This document shows, one piece after another, positions 47,601 to 59,800 of a stretch of DNA of 64,000 bases. Source of the DNA: Klebsormidium nitens (lineage: Eukaryota > Plantae > Klebsormidiophyceae); assembly GCA_000708835.1 (NCBI GenBank), contig DF237103.1, positions 1 to 64,000 of the forward strand. Direction: 5' to 3'. Numbering within the stretch: the first letter of the stretch is position 1; the number at the start of each line of letters is the position of its first letter. Both the position numbers and the translations under genes were made by a program. Below the pieces are notes generated by a model. The model had not been told where the DNA came from, did no database searches, and saw only the letters and a program-made list of their open reading frames with translations.

Positions 47601-50600
47601 CTTCTGATTGCAACATCTCCTATAGCCCGGACACCCTAACGCCAATGAGAAACTTGACACCACCGCTACTTGGTGCCCTTTAAGCGCTGCCTTCTATACC
47701 CCTGAGCCCAGAAGATTCTCAATCTGGAAATTTCAAAACCACATATTTCAAAATCACATAATACTGTAGATTTTTCCCACTGATCAGATTTCCTCTACCG
47801 CGCTGACTTTCGATCCCTTCCAGCTCAAAAACTCCTACAGTCTTGGAGTCTTAAGCACCCCAACTTTCGCATTTGAAAACCCTGGAGTCTTCCACTGTCT
47901 AGGAGGGCTCTCACGCTGAACATTTACAATATTTACCAAGAAAAGCTCAAATTCGTGAACCCTATAAACGCCCAGGTAAGGAGTAAAACCCTAGGATTTT
48001 TCGCTCTGACCAGCTGGGATCTCACGCGCTGAACGTCTACAATCCTTAACCAAGTAAAGCATTCCATTTTTGAACTTCACAAACCCCAGAGTTAGGAATA
48101 CAAACCCCTAGAGTTCCCTCTAACCAGGTGGGCTCTCACGCGCTGAACAAGGACAGTAGTCGCAGCCACAGCATGATGACCGTGTATCTCGAGTCCAACT
48201 CCGACGGCCCCAATAAACGATTCGGCAAAGTGACGTTTGTCGACCTGGCGGGGAGCGAGCGGCTCAAGATCAGCAAAAGCTCCGGGTGAGGGCCACGGTG
48301 GTTGTCCGCCGTGAATCTGTTCATGTTCGAGTGTAAGAGAGGCTGGTGGTCTGTATAGCGTGGAATCCATAACGATAAAAAAGCTCGACATGTTTCTTTC
48401 TATCTTTCTCTTGCTTTCAAGCTCGAGACCTCCTTCACAATCGTCACAGAACAGCAGAGCGAAAGTGTCTTTGGCAGAAAACAACGCCTGCTTAACGAGA
48501 AATCCTTGCTGAAGCTTCCCCTTGTCCGTAAGATACGAGTCTCTTCAGATTCCCAGAACAACGAATTTAGGGTAGGGGTACCTGCCACTGGTGTCGATTT
48601 GCTTCTCGTCCGCTTGTGTCTGTCCTTCGCGGTCCTTCCTAAGTGCACTTCGTGCTTGTCGACATCGCAGGGTCTCATGTAGCAAGTTTCGGTGTTCCGT
48701 TCCCTGACGTTGTTTGATTATTATCTTAGATTGAGCCATGATTCGAACGGAGTTGGGTGCCGGCAAACCCCTTTGAGATTGCCGGTAGGTAAAGACTGAC
48801 TGCTTGCTGACGTCGAAGTTGCGTGATGCTGACGCAGGGAGATGGTGAAGGAGACGGGCAGCATCAACCGCAGCCTGTTCGCGCTGGGCAAGGTGATCAG
48901 CGCGCTAGGGGAGGGGCGGAGCAAGAAAGATACCTTCGTGCCATACCGGTAAGCCCGAGGGTTCCGTCCAAGAGAAGCGTTTTCCGCTGCATGTTCCTCG
49001 TAATTCCGGTTCGGAAAGTTATCGCTACTAAGCGGCACACAAGGAGTGTTACGAAGCATTCAGCCCAGATAGACATGCCGGTCTTACAGCAGTCATTCTT
49101 TGTGTTCAAACTCAAAAGCGTTCATAACAAAGTGCGGCCGAATCCAGGTAGGGTCCCAGATCCCTCGAATGTGTGCTGCCAATCAGGTACTTATTGAGGT
49201 GGTGTAACAGCCGGGTAGAAGTGCTTCTTTCTATTTGTCAAATACCAAGTCGAATCGTGTTCAGTGCGCTCATAATATATTTTGATAGTAAACTCTCATT
49301 ATTATTTATATAATATCAATAGATTGGTTATATACTGAGCTGATCGGGGCGCTGATGAACAGGCTAAGCGACTCTGTGCGGCGCTCAGGATTCCCTTAAC
49401 GACAATGAATCGAAAGCATTTTTGAGGCGCTAACCCTTTCTAGGCCTCTACCATTCCTTGATTCAACCGGCCGTCCACGGAAATGCAAGCAGAGAAAGCT
49501 GTTGAGCTGCAACTGAAGCACTTTGCTGCAGCGCTCACTATCTTTCGAGTGCAACCAACCACGAAACAACCCAGCGCAAAGTTTCCTACTAAACATCAGA
49601 ACCCACACTCTAACCAGATTCCGCAGGGACTCCCAGCTGACAAGCTACTGATTCGCAGGGACTACTGATTTCGCAGGGACTCCAAGCCGACAAGCTACTG
49701 ATGGACAAATTCAGCGGCTCATCGATGGCGTTTACATTCTTCTCTCAGATGAACCTGATAAAAGAAGGACCGAACGCGCAGCAACAAACGTGCAGAATTG
49801 GTACTCAACCACTATCTAACCCAATTCTACAGGGACTCCAAGCTGACGAAGCTGCTGGTGGACAGCCTGGGCGGCTCGTCCATGGCGTTCAATCATTCTC
49901 TCGATGCAGCTAACCAGGAATGTGGTAACCACTTTTTGACCTAACCCCAATTCGCAGGGACTCCAAGCTGACGAAGCTACTGATGGACAGCCTGGGCGGC
50001 TCGTCCATGGCGTTTACTCAATTTCTCGATGCAGCTATCCGGAAATATGGTAACCACTTTCTAACCTAACCCAATTCTACAGGGACTCCAAGCTGACGAA
50101 GCTGCTGATGGATAGTTTGGGCGGCTCGTCCATGGCGCTCATGGTTGCGTGCTGCTCCCCTGCGCTGACGTCAGTCGAGGAGACGCTCTCCACTCTAAAT
50201 TACGCCACGCGGGCGAAGAACATCGTCAACACACCAACTGCGAATGCGGACACGCAGGACAAGGTGGGACGGTTTTAAAAGATGATGTTCGACAAGTTGG
50301 GATGATTTAAAATAAATGTCATGGGAATGGTTGGATGGTTCTATAAGGTTATATTGGATAAAGCGGGATGGTTCTGAAAGGTTTCATTGGACAAGGTGGG
50401 ATGGTTCTGAAAGGTTACGTTTCTGCTTTCGACACGTTCTCCTCTGGTGCCGTTCTTCGGGATCTGCTGTTCCGCTCGACTGTGCTGCGCCCCTAAGGAG
50501 TCCTGTTAACAGGTCGACCGCAAATGCGGAGACGTAAGACAAGGTGAGACATGTGCCGAAGAACAGCGGTGAATTCACCTCAGATCCAAGCATGCTTTAT

Positions 50601-53294
50601 CGCGGAACACTCCGCCTTTGAGCGTGAGATCGCACTGCTGAAAACGGAGACCTGACTCGTACCAACAGTCCACCAGTTGACCTGACCTTAACTACGCTGT
50701 ATTTCTGCAGACCATCTCTGCTCTCAAGCGCGAGATCGCGCTACTGAAAGAGGAGAATCTGTACTTGCGTCAAAAGCTGGGCCTGTCGGGGGGCGACCTC
50801 GGCAAGTATCCCTCGCTCAACCACAGCCGCGAGGGCACCGCGGCCGCGTCGCACGACCAAAACCCCGCAACCCCCTCCACCAGCGGACGGTAAGGCTTTC
50901 AAGCAGTCTCTTATCTTGTTCAGTTTGCGGCCTACTACCTAACAGAATCATGAGGAAAAGAACAGGCGAATGCCAGTCAAGAGAGGCTTCGCATGCTTGA
51001 TTAACATGTTGAGCAAGGTCGAAGAGTATGGGTAGTCGGCCACGTACGCTTGTCACGGATTTTTATCATGTTAAGATCCTGTGACGTCTGGCTAGCCAAA
51101 CCTTCCGATAGAGTAAGCGTCTTGCCGTCTTTCTCGAACAGATTGGGCCAGATCACACCACAGCATCTCTCATATAGTGCAACATAACCAAATCTTGCAA
51201 ATTCCAGGGGAGAGAACGACGGGGTCCATTTCCCGCCCATTGTCCGGCGGACGCCGAGCGGAACGTGGTCATCCACGGGGTATCTGAAGGCGTTCTCATC
51301 GAAGGAGCTGGCAGGGGTCAATAGAGAGGAGCTCGTTCGACGTCTACTAGAAGCACAGGTCGGGACGGTTTGGATTTTAGTGAAGAAGGCTACATGATAT
51401 GCCCAGGGGAATTTAATGCACGTCTTCGGAGAAGGAGGCTTTTGCTGCTTACCGAGACGGGAAGCTCTTTTGAAGTGCTCACGCAGGCTTTCTGTGGGGC
51501 ATCGTTGCTTGAAGTAGCTATTTGTACAGTTCTACTGCGCGTGTGCTCCTTCCACCGTCACGTAATGTAAACAGGGTTGAGTTTGTCAAGATGAGGCCAC
51601 AGTCCCAGAAAATGAGCACGAAATGGTTGAGATCAAATGGTTCATTAGGATTTGTACGGGGCCGAAGCCCGTGCTTTACGGATTTGCGGTTGTGATGTCG
51701 CTGCATGTATTCTACGGAATCTTGTTATCCTTTTCAGTCTCGAGAGTTCTCGCACTTCTTGTGACAAGTGCGCGCTGAAATGTTGCCCCGGGTGTTTGGA
51801 GTGACCAGTAGCGGAATAAAGAAGTCGTCTTCTCTGCTGACTTAATCGATTTCTGTACCTTTTTCCAGAGCGTCGTCGCAAGCCACCAGGAGGAGAAGGA
51901 TGCGCTGCAAGCCCAGATCCGGGACCTGCAAGACGGGCAGAGGGAAATGGAGCTGAACCACCGAACGCTGCTTTCAGACAACCAGTCGCTGTCCGCAAAG
52001 CTGGAAGATCTGGTGAGTGGGGTTATCCGCACATGATCATACTCGCTCGAAAGTCCGGAGCGATTAGGTGCAATGAAAGGAGAAGCAGATAAAGTCAGAA
52101 TTAGCAGAGAGAGTGATCGTCTATAGCTTCAGGAGAGGTTCCTTTCCGTTCCGTGTTCTTGCTTGCAGAAGCTTCATAGAGCATCCTTTACTCAGAGGAG
52201 GAAAGGTTCTGTTTTCGAACGATGCAAGTCGTGCTGGATAGCAAACAACAAAAACTCGAACTTGAAGTGAGACCCCAGGAGACCAGGCGGAAAGGCACGA
52301 GCCGTCTTATTGTTTCTCGCACACAAGGAAAGGCAGAACTTCCTGTGTTGCAAAGAGAGCAAGTACTGAGTTGCCCGTCGAGATTTTTTGTCTCGAAGTA
52401 TACCTTCTTCACGGTCGCATCCTCGCTAGATCAAGAAAATCTTACAAAGGACGTTCCGTTCCGTTTCCTGTTAAAGACAAGTAGTCTTTGAGCACTCGCT
52501 CGGTCGAGGTGATCTGAGTTGGTTTCCATTCGCAGGAAGCCGTGTTCTCCAGTCTCGACGACGAGATGCCGCCCGGGCGAAAAGGGAAAAAGTACGCTCC
52601 GGGTGGAAACGGGGCACGGGAAGCCAGGCGGCAAGCGCCCCTGGCCTTAAGCCCGGTGAAGAGCGCTCCGGGAGCTATCGAAAGCAACCGGGCGGATTCC
52701 GGCCGGAACTGGGTCGCCTCGACGAGAACGGCGAAGAAGCCACAAGTAGCGGCGAAAGAAGCTGCTGCGAAAAGTGGGAGAGAGGAGAAAGTTGCGGTCG
52801 GGACGCTAAGCCCGACGAGCAGCGAAGCGCTCGGGAGTCCGCCGCACGTGCCGTCCCGCTTCCGCGACGCGATCCCGGGAGAAAATTCTAGAGATGCGCT
52901 GATCGGTAGTGTTTCCCGGGCGGCGCCTGACTTGCTGCTGAGGAATGAGATCGCCTTATCGGACGGCGGGTCTCGGACCGGTTCGAACACCCGGTCCGTA
53001 CCGTTGCGGACGGGAACGTTCATTTCGCCCAAGAAAGAAGCGGCGGAGATCTTCCAGCTGCGACAGATGAACGCGCGGCTCATGCGAATGAACGAACAGC
53101 TGCTTGCGAAGTCGAAAGAGTACGATAGGCTGGTGAGTCAGGGGGCGATCGAGGCAGGTTCTACAGGTAGTTCTCCGGTCAAAGAGCTTCTTGAGCGGAG
53201 GGTCAGTCGAGCCAGGGGCGTGCACCTTGATGGCGGGGGGTATTCGAGAGGGAGTTCGTTCACTCATGCCTTGACACCGCGAAGCGTGGTGTAA
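44642..53294 (+). CDS. N-terminal-motor kinesin, kinesin-16/KIF12-like, 11 exons, ~781 aa
   Basis: Exons 44642-44836, 45403-45564, 46074-46226, 47169-47321, 48128-48285, 48838-48948, 50083-50263, 50711-50889, 51208-51358, 51869-52012, 52536-53294 (2346 nt). [17 protein letters not shown] (P-loop), [53 protein letters not shown]. Stalk and tail exons are less certain. Confidence 0.9.
46925..47110 (+). repeat. Two upstream copies of acceptor plus start of kinesin exon 4
   Basis: cag|gtgaacgatctagtgcgaaagggccccgagcag (~46933) and cacag|tggaatgatcagttgcgggagggccccgaacag (~47054) versus cacag|gtgaatgatctgttgcgggagggccccgaacag (47169). Confidence 0.85.
47895..48050 (+). repeat. Two upstream copies of acceptor plus start of kinesin exon 5
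   Basis: tag|gagggctctcacgctgaaca (~47902) and ccag|ctgggatctcacgcgctgaac (~48014) versus ccag|gtgggctctcacgcgctgaac (48128). Confidence 0.8.
49620..50550 (+). repeat. Junction arrays on both sides of kinesin exon 7
   Basis: cag|ggactcc(a/c)agc.gac.aagct.ctg at ~49627, ~49677, 49833, 49958 and 50083 (functional), plus a truncated cag|ggact at ~49659; the last three have an exact 125-bp period. Donor-side copies gacaag(g/t)tggga.gg.t.t.aaa at ~50258-50425 and gcaaatgcggagacgtaagacaag|gtgag at ~50520-50548. Confidence 0.9.
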
Positions 53295-54107
53295 TGATAG
53301 AGGTCTTTGGATGGCTTTGTCGAGTCTAGGTTTATCAACTTGCGCGGCGGTCGATGCGGTTCTGTTCTTGCTCGCAGCTTGGATTGTATCATTTTCAATC
53401 TAATTTACGTTGCGATGGAATCCAGAACAGACGTAACTCCATTCCATGCCACGGTGACCTAAGTTGTTTGTGCACTATCCGGCCGATGATTGGGAGCATT
53501 CAAGTTTTTACACCATCTTTCTTCAGACGTGCAAAGCTTCGTTGAAATTATGCAGTTACATGAGAACCGTATCATCACATCATCCACCACCTTCTGTATT
53601 CTGGTCAATTGCAATATCTTACTCAACGACGAGTAGCGTGATCATGTATCAGCCCAACTTGAGCACGCGTACTGTGCCGGCATTCACACTAGGGTTTGCT
53701 TAGTAAGATGCAAAAACTTTCTCGTTCTATCGAGCTTCGCGCTTTGTCTAGATCATGCAAAGTAGCTGCGCTCGGCAGCATATGATATTTGACCGCGTGC
53801 AGTTGATATCTGGTTCATATTCCACAGTAGAACTCGCACGTGGGTCTGACTCGTCTTAGATTTTTTAGTCTATCCCATCTTATCATTTACGCTGTTCAGT
53901 GATCAACATATTTAAGCATTCCCTATTTGAGTTAAGTGGGTCTTATTTGTGGCAATCTGTGAATCTTTTGCTCTGGAAGCCTCCTAAACTCAGCTTAGAC
54001 AGAATCTTCAGGTTGATGTCATAAGCATTGCTGGATTCCAGATCATTCCTCCTGCTCCCCACTTTCCAGAAATCCAATCTGCCAAGTAGAACAAGTGCAA
54101 ATTACTT

Positions 54108-55154
54108 TCAGAAGCGTCTGTGGAAACCCTCCTCATATTTTTCATCGGCTTCAGTCTAGAAATGAATCTTCTTGTTTGTACGCTACAGCTATTCACTCGT
54201 GCTAGAGGAACAAAGTGCATGCTCGCCGGAAACTTCCTACAATCTTCTGATGCTCCAAATGATGCAACAATCGTGAGTCATATAATAAAACTGATTCAAT
54301 CTATCGAGCCAAATTCGAAGCGAAAACGTTGAGGATGGACAGGTTACTCACTTCATGAAGAGAGCTAGCCCCGAGTTCGAGTACTCTGAGCACCTTCTGT
54401 GCAGCATGTTGATATTCTATCATATCCTGCGTAAACGGAAGTATGCAGTTGGAACCTTGCAACCCTCAGTTGAAGACTCCACATGCAGTGCTGACCACAT
54501 TGATTTCCAAAGGCCGAAGGTCATGTTCTTCAGGATGCTTGAACAAGCATACTAGGTCAAACGTTTGAACCTTACAGCTTCAAGCTTTCGTTTTCGCTCC
54601 AGCGCGTGGTCCTGTGTAGACCTGATGGTCTCCGTCAGGTCGGTTGCAGATGCTTCAATGTCCTTGACGTTCGTGTTGGAGAACTCTTCCAAACCTGTGC
54701 TGATTTGTTGAAGAACATCTGCACTCATTGTAAATTTGAGGTCTTACAACGGGGATGATCGTTCCCAGCTACTGACGATGTCAACTTATCTCTTCGATTC
54801 ATGCGAGTTCTGCTCATTCCAGGATTTCAGACACAACCACACTCCATGCAATGCTCTTCTCAAAAATTCGAAAGGCCCCCTCCTGAGAGACAGTGGTGTA
54901 TCACGCTGTCGGAATCATAAGACATTCTGGATGCAGAACACTTCCAAAATACTGATCTCTTCGAGCTTACTCTGGAAAAGGCTGTTAACGTCAAAACGGT
55001 AGTCGGCCATGGTCACGTCCTCCCCGTCGCTTCTTCCCAGGGTCTTGTTTTCCTCGCTTGCATTCTCTTCTTCATCTTCCCTTCTGCCAGCATCTTCACC
55101 TGCATCATCTTGTGGCTGACCGTTTAACGGTCTGCTTTCATCTTCTCGTGCCAT
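54108..55154 (-). CDS. Small hypothetical protein, acidic N-terminus plus coiled coil, 4 exons, ~149 aa
   Basis: Exons 55154-54971, 54718-54576, 54426-54352, 54155-54108, each flanked by good splice sites and joining in frame: ..YRFDVNSLFQNVLQQISTGLEEFSNTNVKDIEASATDLTETIRSTQDHALERKRKLEADMIEYQHAAQKVLRVLELGASSLHETEADEKYEEGFHRRF*. Start codon uncertain. Confidence 0.65.
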
Positions 55155-56821
55155 CAAAGGCAGCTGTGTCAAGCTGCTCTCCACAATTTCCAGAGCTGCA
55201 GGTTCTCCTTCCGTTTCCCTCTCTAGACAAAGAACACCTCGTCTAACCTGCGTCCACTCTAATGCGCTCAGCGCCAATCGGTGATCACAAAAGCAAGTCT
55301 GCAATACACCTTACAATGTAGCGCTACCTCGATCCCTCAGCGAAGGAGGTTGATCTCGCGTTTCAGGACGATCACAAAAAGAACGGAGACATAACACCGT
55401 GCCAGCCTTCTTCCAGCCTTCGCCTTCACATTTTGCAGCTGATGTAGGCTGCAACTCAGTCCCCTAGCTTGTTGAGCGGGAATTCTGTAGTCTTATCCTG
55501 AAATTCTAAACTCCAAAATGAAAGGGGTTTCCGTTCGCGCGCTGCATGGCCCAAGGACGATCGCGAGCGGCCGCGAACTCGGCGCGCGCGGACGAGCCGC
55601 TCTCCCGGATGCAAGCAGCCGTGACGGCCGGCGGCCGCATGAATGCTGCAAGCGCGCACACCGACATGCAAGGTTGCATGCCCCTGCTTACAGGCTTTGA
55701 CGATGGCTACCGGCCGGCCTTTGCGTAGTTTCAGAGTACTCAGTAAGTTTAATTAAGCACAGAGAGTCAGACAACTTTGGCCCAATTCTGGAGGAACAGA
55801 CCGACATGTCTGATGCACCATAACCGAGTATGCTTCGTTTGAAAAGGACACGCCTTTTCTAGCTGAGCCTTCCTCAAACTCCTCCTTGATTACGGGCTCG
55901 CCTAACGTGCTCGTTTCTGACATGCAATATACGTTGCAGCTTAATTGCATGTCTAAGCCGGCTCGATGTATCTTTTGCTACAGGCTATAGTCTAAATCTG
56001 TGCCAAGCACCCATGGATCTGATGGAGACAAGCAATAATGTGTTGAAAGGCTTGTATATACGTGCATCCAATTTTGAGGGTGGCCGAGCAAAAGCAGCGT
56101 CTGACATTGCGCATGCGATGAATTATGGTTGGTTCTTTGGTTGCGCATAATTAGTACTCGATTCCGGTGCATCCGGCCGGCACATGAAGGAGTGCACCTC
56201 ATGACCAATATATGCAGTGCACATGTGACGATCCGCTGGCCTCTCATGGTCATTATCGTTCGATCTTAACTGCCAGCGTTTAATATACTCGATCAGCAAT
56301 TTGAGCGGCGGCAAATTGGCCGCACAGTAATTTGCATGTCCAGACATGTTACTCGGCGGTCACTTCCGTGTCATGTACAGGGTCAGTTTGAAGGATACTG
56401 GCACGCGTCTCTCCGGGTTATCCACTTGCAGACGCTAGATATTCAGAGGCACTTCCTTTCATCTCAATTTCCACGAGATGATCTCGTCTAGAGGCCCCTT
56501 TGCGAAATGAGCTTGCCACATTGACGGTTGTAACACACACTGAGAGGCGTATACCTCCTGGCACATTTGAATCTTCCTGAACAGGACACTAGTTCGCCCT
56601 CAAATATCATAAAAGCTGGCCCATACAAGAGGCCTTATGCGTGCCTGCATGTTCGATCGGATTCGAGACACAAGTTGCGCTGCAAAGTCACTATGTTCAT
56701 CGTCGCGGTCCGAATCGTGTCCTGCGCAAAAGCAGAGGACCACGTGCAGAGCTCCGCACGTCAACCCGAGCTGATGCCGTAACTTAGACAGACCTACTTC
56801 TCCTCCTGCTATGGACAGTGA

Positions 56822-59800
56822 TCAAACTCTCTTCGTGAAAGTGCAGAAGGCCTTGTCGATTGAGAAAAAGTAGTTTCCGATGTCGGAGGAGATGCGGGGT
56901 TCTGCTGTTCCCATGGCTCTGTACATGAGACGTAGATAGGAATCAGTCAGCGAGATTGAACAGAACCGCAGCACTACGCTCGATGTTTTGCAGAGTGGCG
57001 GGTCCTTCGCCAACAACTTGTACCGGTTCCAGCGAGCGACTCTTGCACGTGGTTACAAACACTGGCCTTGACTTTCAAGATCTACCGCACCCTGGAAGGC
57101 TCACAGTCCGGGTATTCGGCTGCAAAGCGAGTGACACTAGTATATTGCCTTGGAGCATAGAACGAGTGACTCAAAAGTTTAAGCACTGCCGTCTGAGGAT
57201 GCTTCTTGAGCCGAGAGCATATTTAACTCCATTGACTGGGACTTGCTGTGGGCAGTATAGAGAACGGGATCAAGAAGAAGACAAGTAGTGTCTGAATGTC
57301 ACGTACCCTGACAACTCGGGCAGGCTGACGTCAGCCGACCACTTGAGGCCCACGTCCAGGGGTGAGTTGAGAACGTTCCACTTTTCTTTGTTGCCTCGCC
57401 GCCCCTCAGCCGCTTGCATCGGAGTCGTCAGCGCCCAGCGGAACCCTTTCGTGTGATTTGAGAAGTCGTACCCGAAGCCGAACTGCGTCAAGAAAAGGCG
57501 TCTGCCTGTCAGTGAACTTGACTTGCTACTGGTTCGCGTTCTGTTCTCAGAGATTGATCTTTTGGTCCAACGACTGCTTTAGCAGTGGCGGAGAGTAAGT
57601 TCGTGGTAAAAAGGAACAAGTAACGCAGCCTTTGCTGGTGGGAGTGCCGCTGGTACTATAAGGTCTACGGTTGCAAACTGGTGCAACCTGGTTCAGAGAA
57701 GGTGCAGCGTAAGGAACGCAGATGTAGTAGAAGATAATTAAAAACGACCGCTGACTGCGGACCATCTTCCCAAAGGGACATATACTCACTGCGCCGTTCT
57801 CCAATTCGACTGGATCCACTTTGCATATTGCATCTCTAAGTTAAACCTAATCTTCTTTGCGAGCGCTTAAGAGAACCCGACGCTCAACATTCAAGCGTGC
57901 TGACAATACACCCGACAGAAGAATCTCGCTTGCGGTATCAATGTCCAACTGTGAGCGTTTTCGAAAGCCAACAAGCCGCACACCCCTCGTCCCGTCTCAC
58001 CTGAAGATGCGGCTGCATCGCTGGCGGCACGTGCTTTCCCATCTTCGCTCCCAGGAACGGGATCGGTAGCTTCTTGGTAAGGACGACCAGGTTCATGTCT
58101 TGTACGCTGTAGCTGGCGCGCCACCACGACTTGCGTGCCTTGCGCAGCGTCAGCTTAGCGCTCCGGTTCACGACGTCGAAGTTGAAGCCCCACTGAGAGG
58201 CGAGGAAGAGGAACGTTTAGATCGCCGTTTAGAAAGTTCAAAAAGTTTAGGGAACGGTGTAGATAAGTGAGACAGCTCGACAGCCACCTACAATTTCAAG
58301 TTCAAAGCCCCACTAGAGGGGAAGGAAACAGAAAACCTTCACTGCAGAATTAACGCCTTCCCTCTAGGAGCTAATCGCATTTTTCCTTTGGACATCTCAA
58401 GACGCTTGGAGCTGCGGTTCACGAGATCAGATTTGAAGGCCCCTTGAGAAAAGGGGTCGAAGGGTTCGACAGCAGAAAGCCTCTTATCGTCTTGTCGGAG
58501 TTACGCCTAGAAAAGGTTGTGGTGCTTCACAGACCTCCACACTGCGGTCCGAAGTTGATAGCAGACTGACTTAAAAGGTGTGTTAGTCCCTCGGCCTCTC
58601 CTGTCTGGTCGTCAATCTAGTCCTCTCTTTTTGAACAAACCTTGTAGTCGCTTCATAAAGCTTGGTGCACTCGTTAGATACGTCGAAGTTGAAGCCGCTG
58701 TCAAAGAGCGCGTCGACTCTTGTTACTCTCCTTTTACAAGAACGAAGAGCAATCCATAAACTCTTCCGAAGTGTGATAGTCAATGTCTTAGACCTGAAAG
58801 TCCCTCTTGGTGCAAAAGTTTGATGGTTGGCCTTTTCAAAGAACTGCAATACGACCTCAAAATATTGTAATGTGGGAGCAATGCCGAGACTCGTCAGATT
58901 CCTTACAGAATGCTTTTCTTGACAATCTCGTCACAGAAAACTCGTAGCTTGTTGAATCAGCCCTAGCGCGCTTAGGGAGACCTTGTGGAACCATGGCAAA
59001 CTTTAGAAATCGTACGTCAGATTCTGAAAAGCTCAAATGCTGGCAGACTTGAGTGAAGATCTTTGAGACGCAAATCTCTGAGAGTCGTTTGAGAAAAGAA
59101 CCTCTCCATCGAGCACTCACCAGATTCTCATAGTCGTCCTCAAACCGCAGTTTGGCCCAAACTTCCTTGGGATACCACTGGATCTTCACCCGTTCAAGTA
59201 ATGTATCCAGTGCATTTTCTTCTGACTCGTCGTCTTCCTCGGCGGCTGGCGCAGGTGGCCGTTTTCGCATGAGCTGCTGCAAACAAGCGGTAAGCCTCGT
59301 CTTTATATCTGAAGCTAAATCCCCTGAGATAAAGTCAGAACAGCAACAGAATAGGCCACAGACGGCTGCCATGCCTTGTTATACTAGTCTGTATTCAGTG
59401 ACCCCATTCAAAACCAGGTTACCCTTCGTAGGCATTTTGGCAAGGCCTGTTGTTCACAGGTCAAGGGAATATTCGCCAGCTACAAATAGGAGTCAAGTAC
59501 AGGAGCATGCTGCCAGCTTCCAGCAGTCACATCAAACTGATCAATACTTTTGGCTACATGGCTACCTGATGAAAGCGCTGCTGAAAGACTCGAATCCAAG
59601 GCGCCATTTGACATCTACTTGCTGCACTGTCAATCGAAGATGTCAGGACATGTTGATGGCAGAACAGAATGAACGTGGTGTCCTCATCTGCAGAACTGAA
59701 GTAATGCACGCCTTACCTTCTGACGCTCCGTCAGCATCTCCTCTTGTTCTCGTCTCGCCAACTCCTCCCGATAGTGCGTCCTCAATTTCTCATGCTCCTC

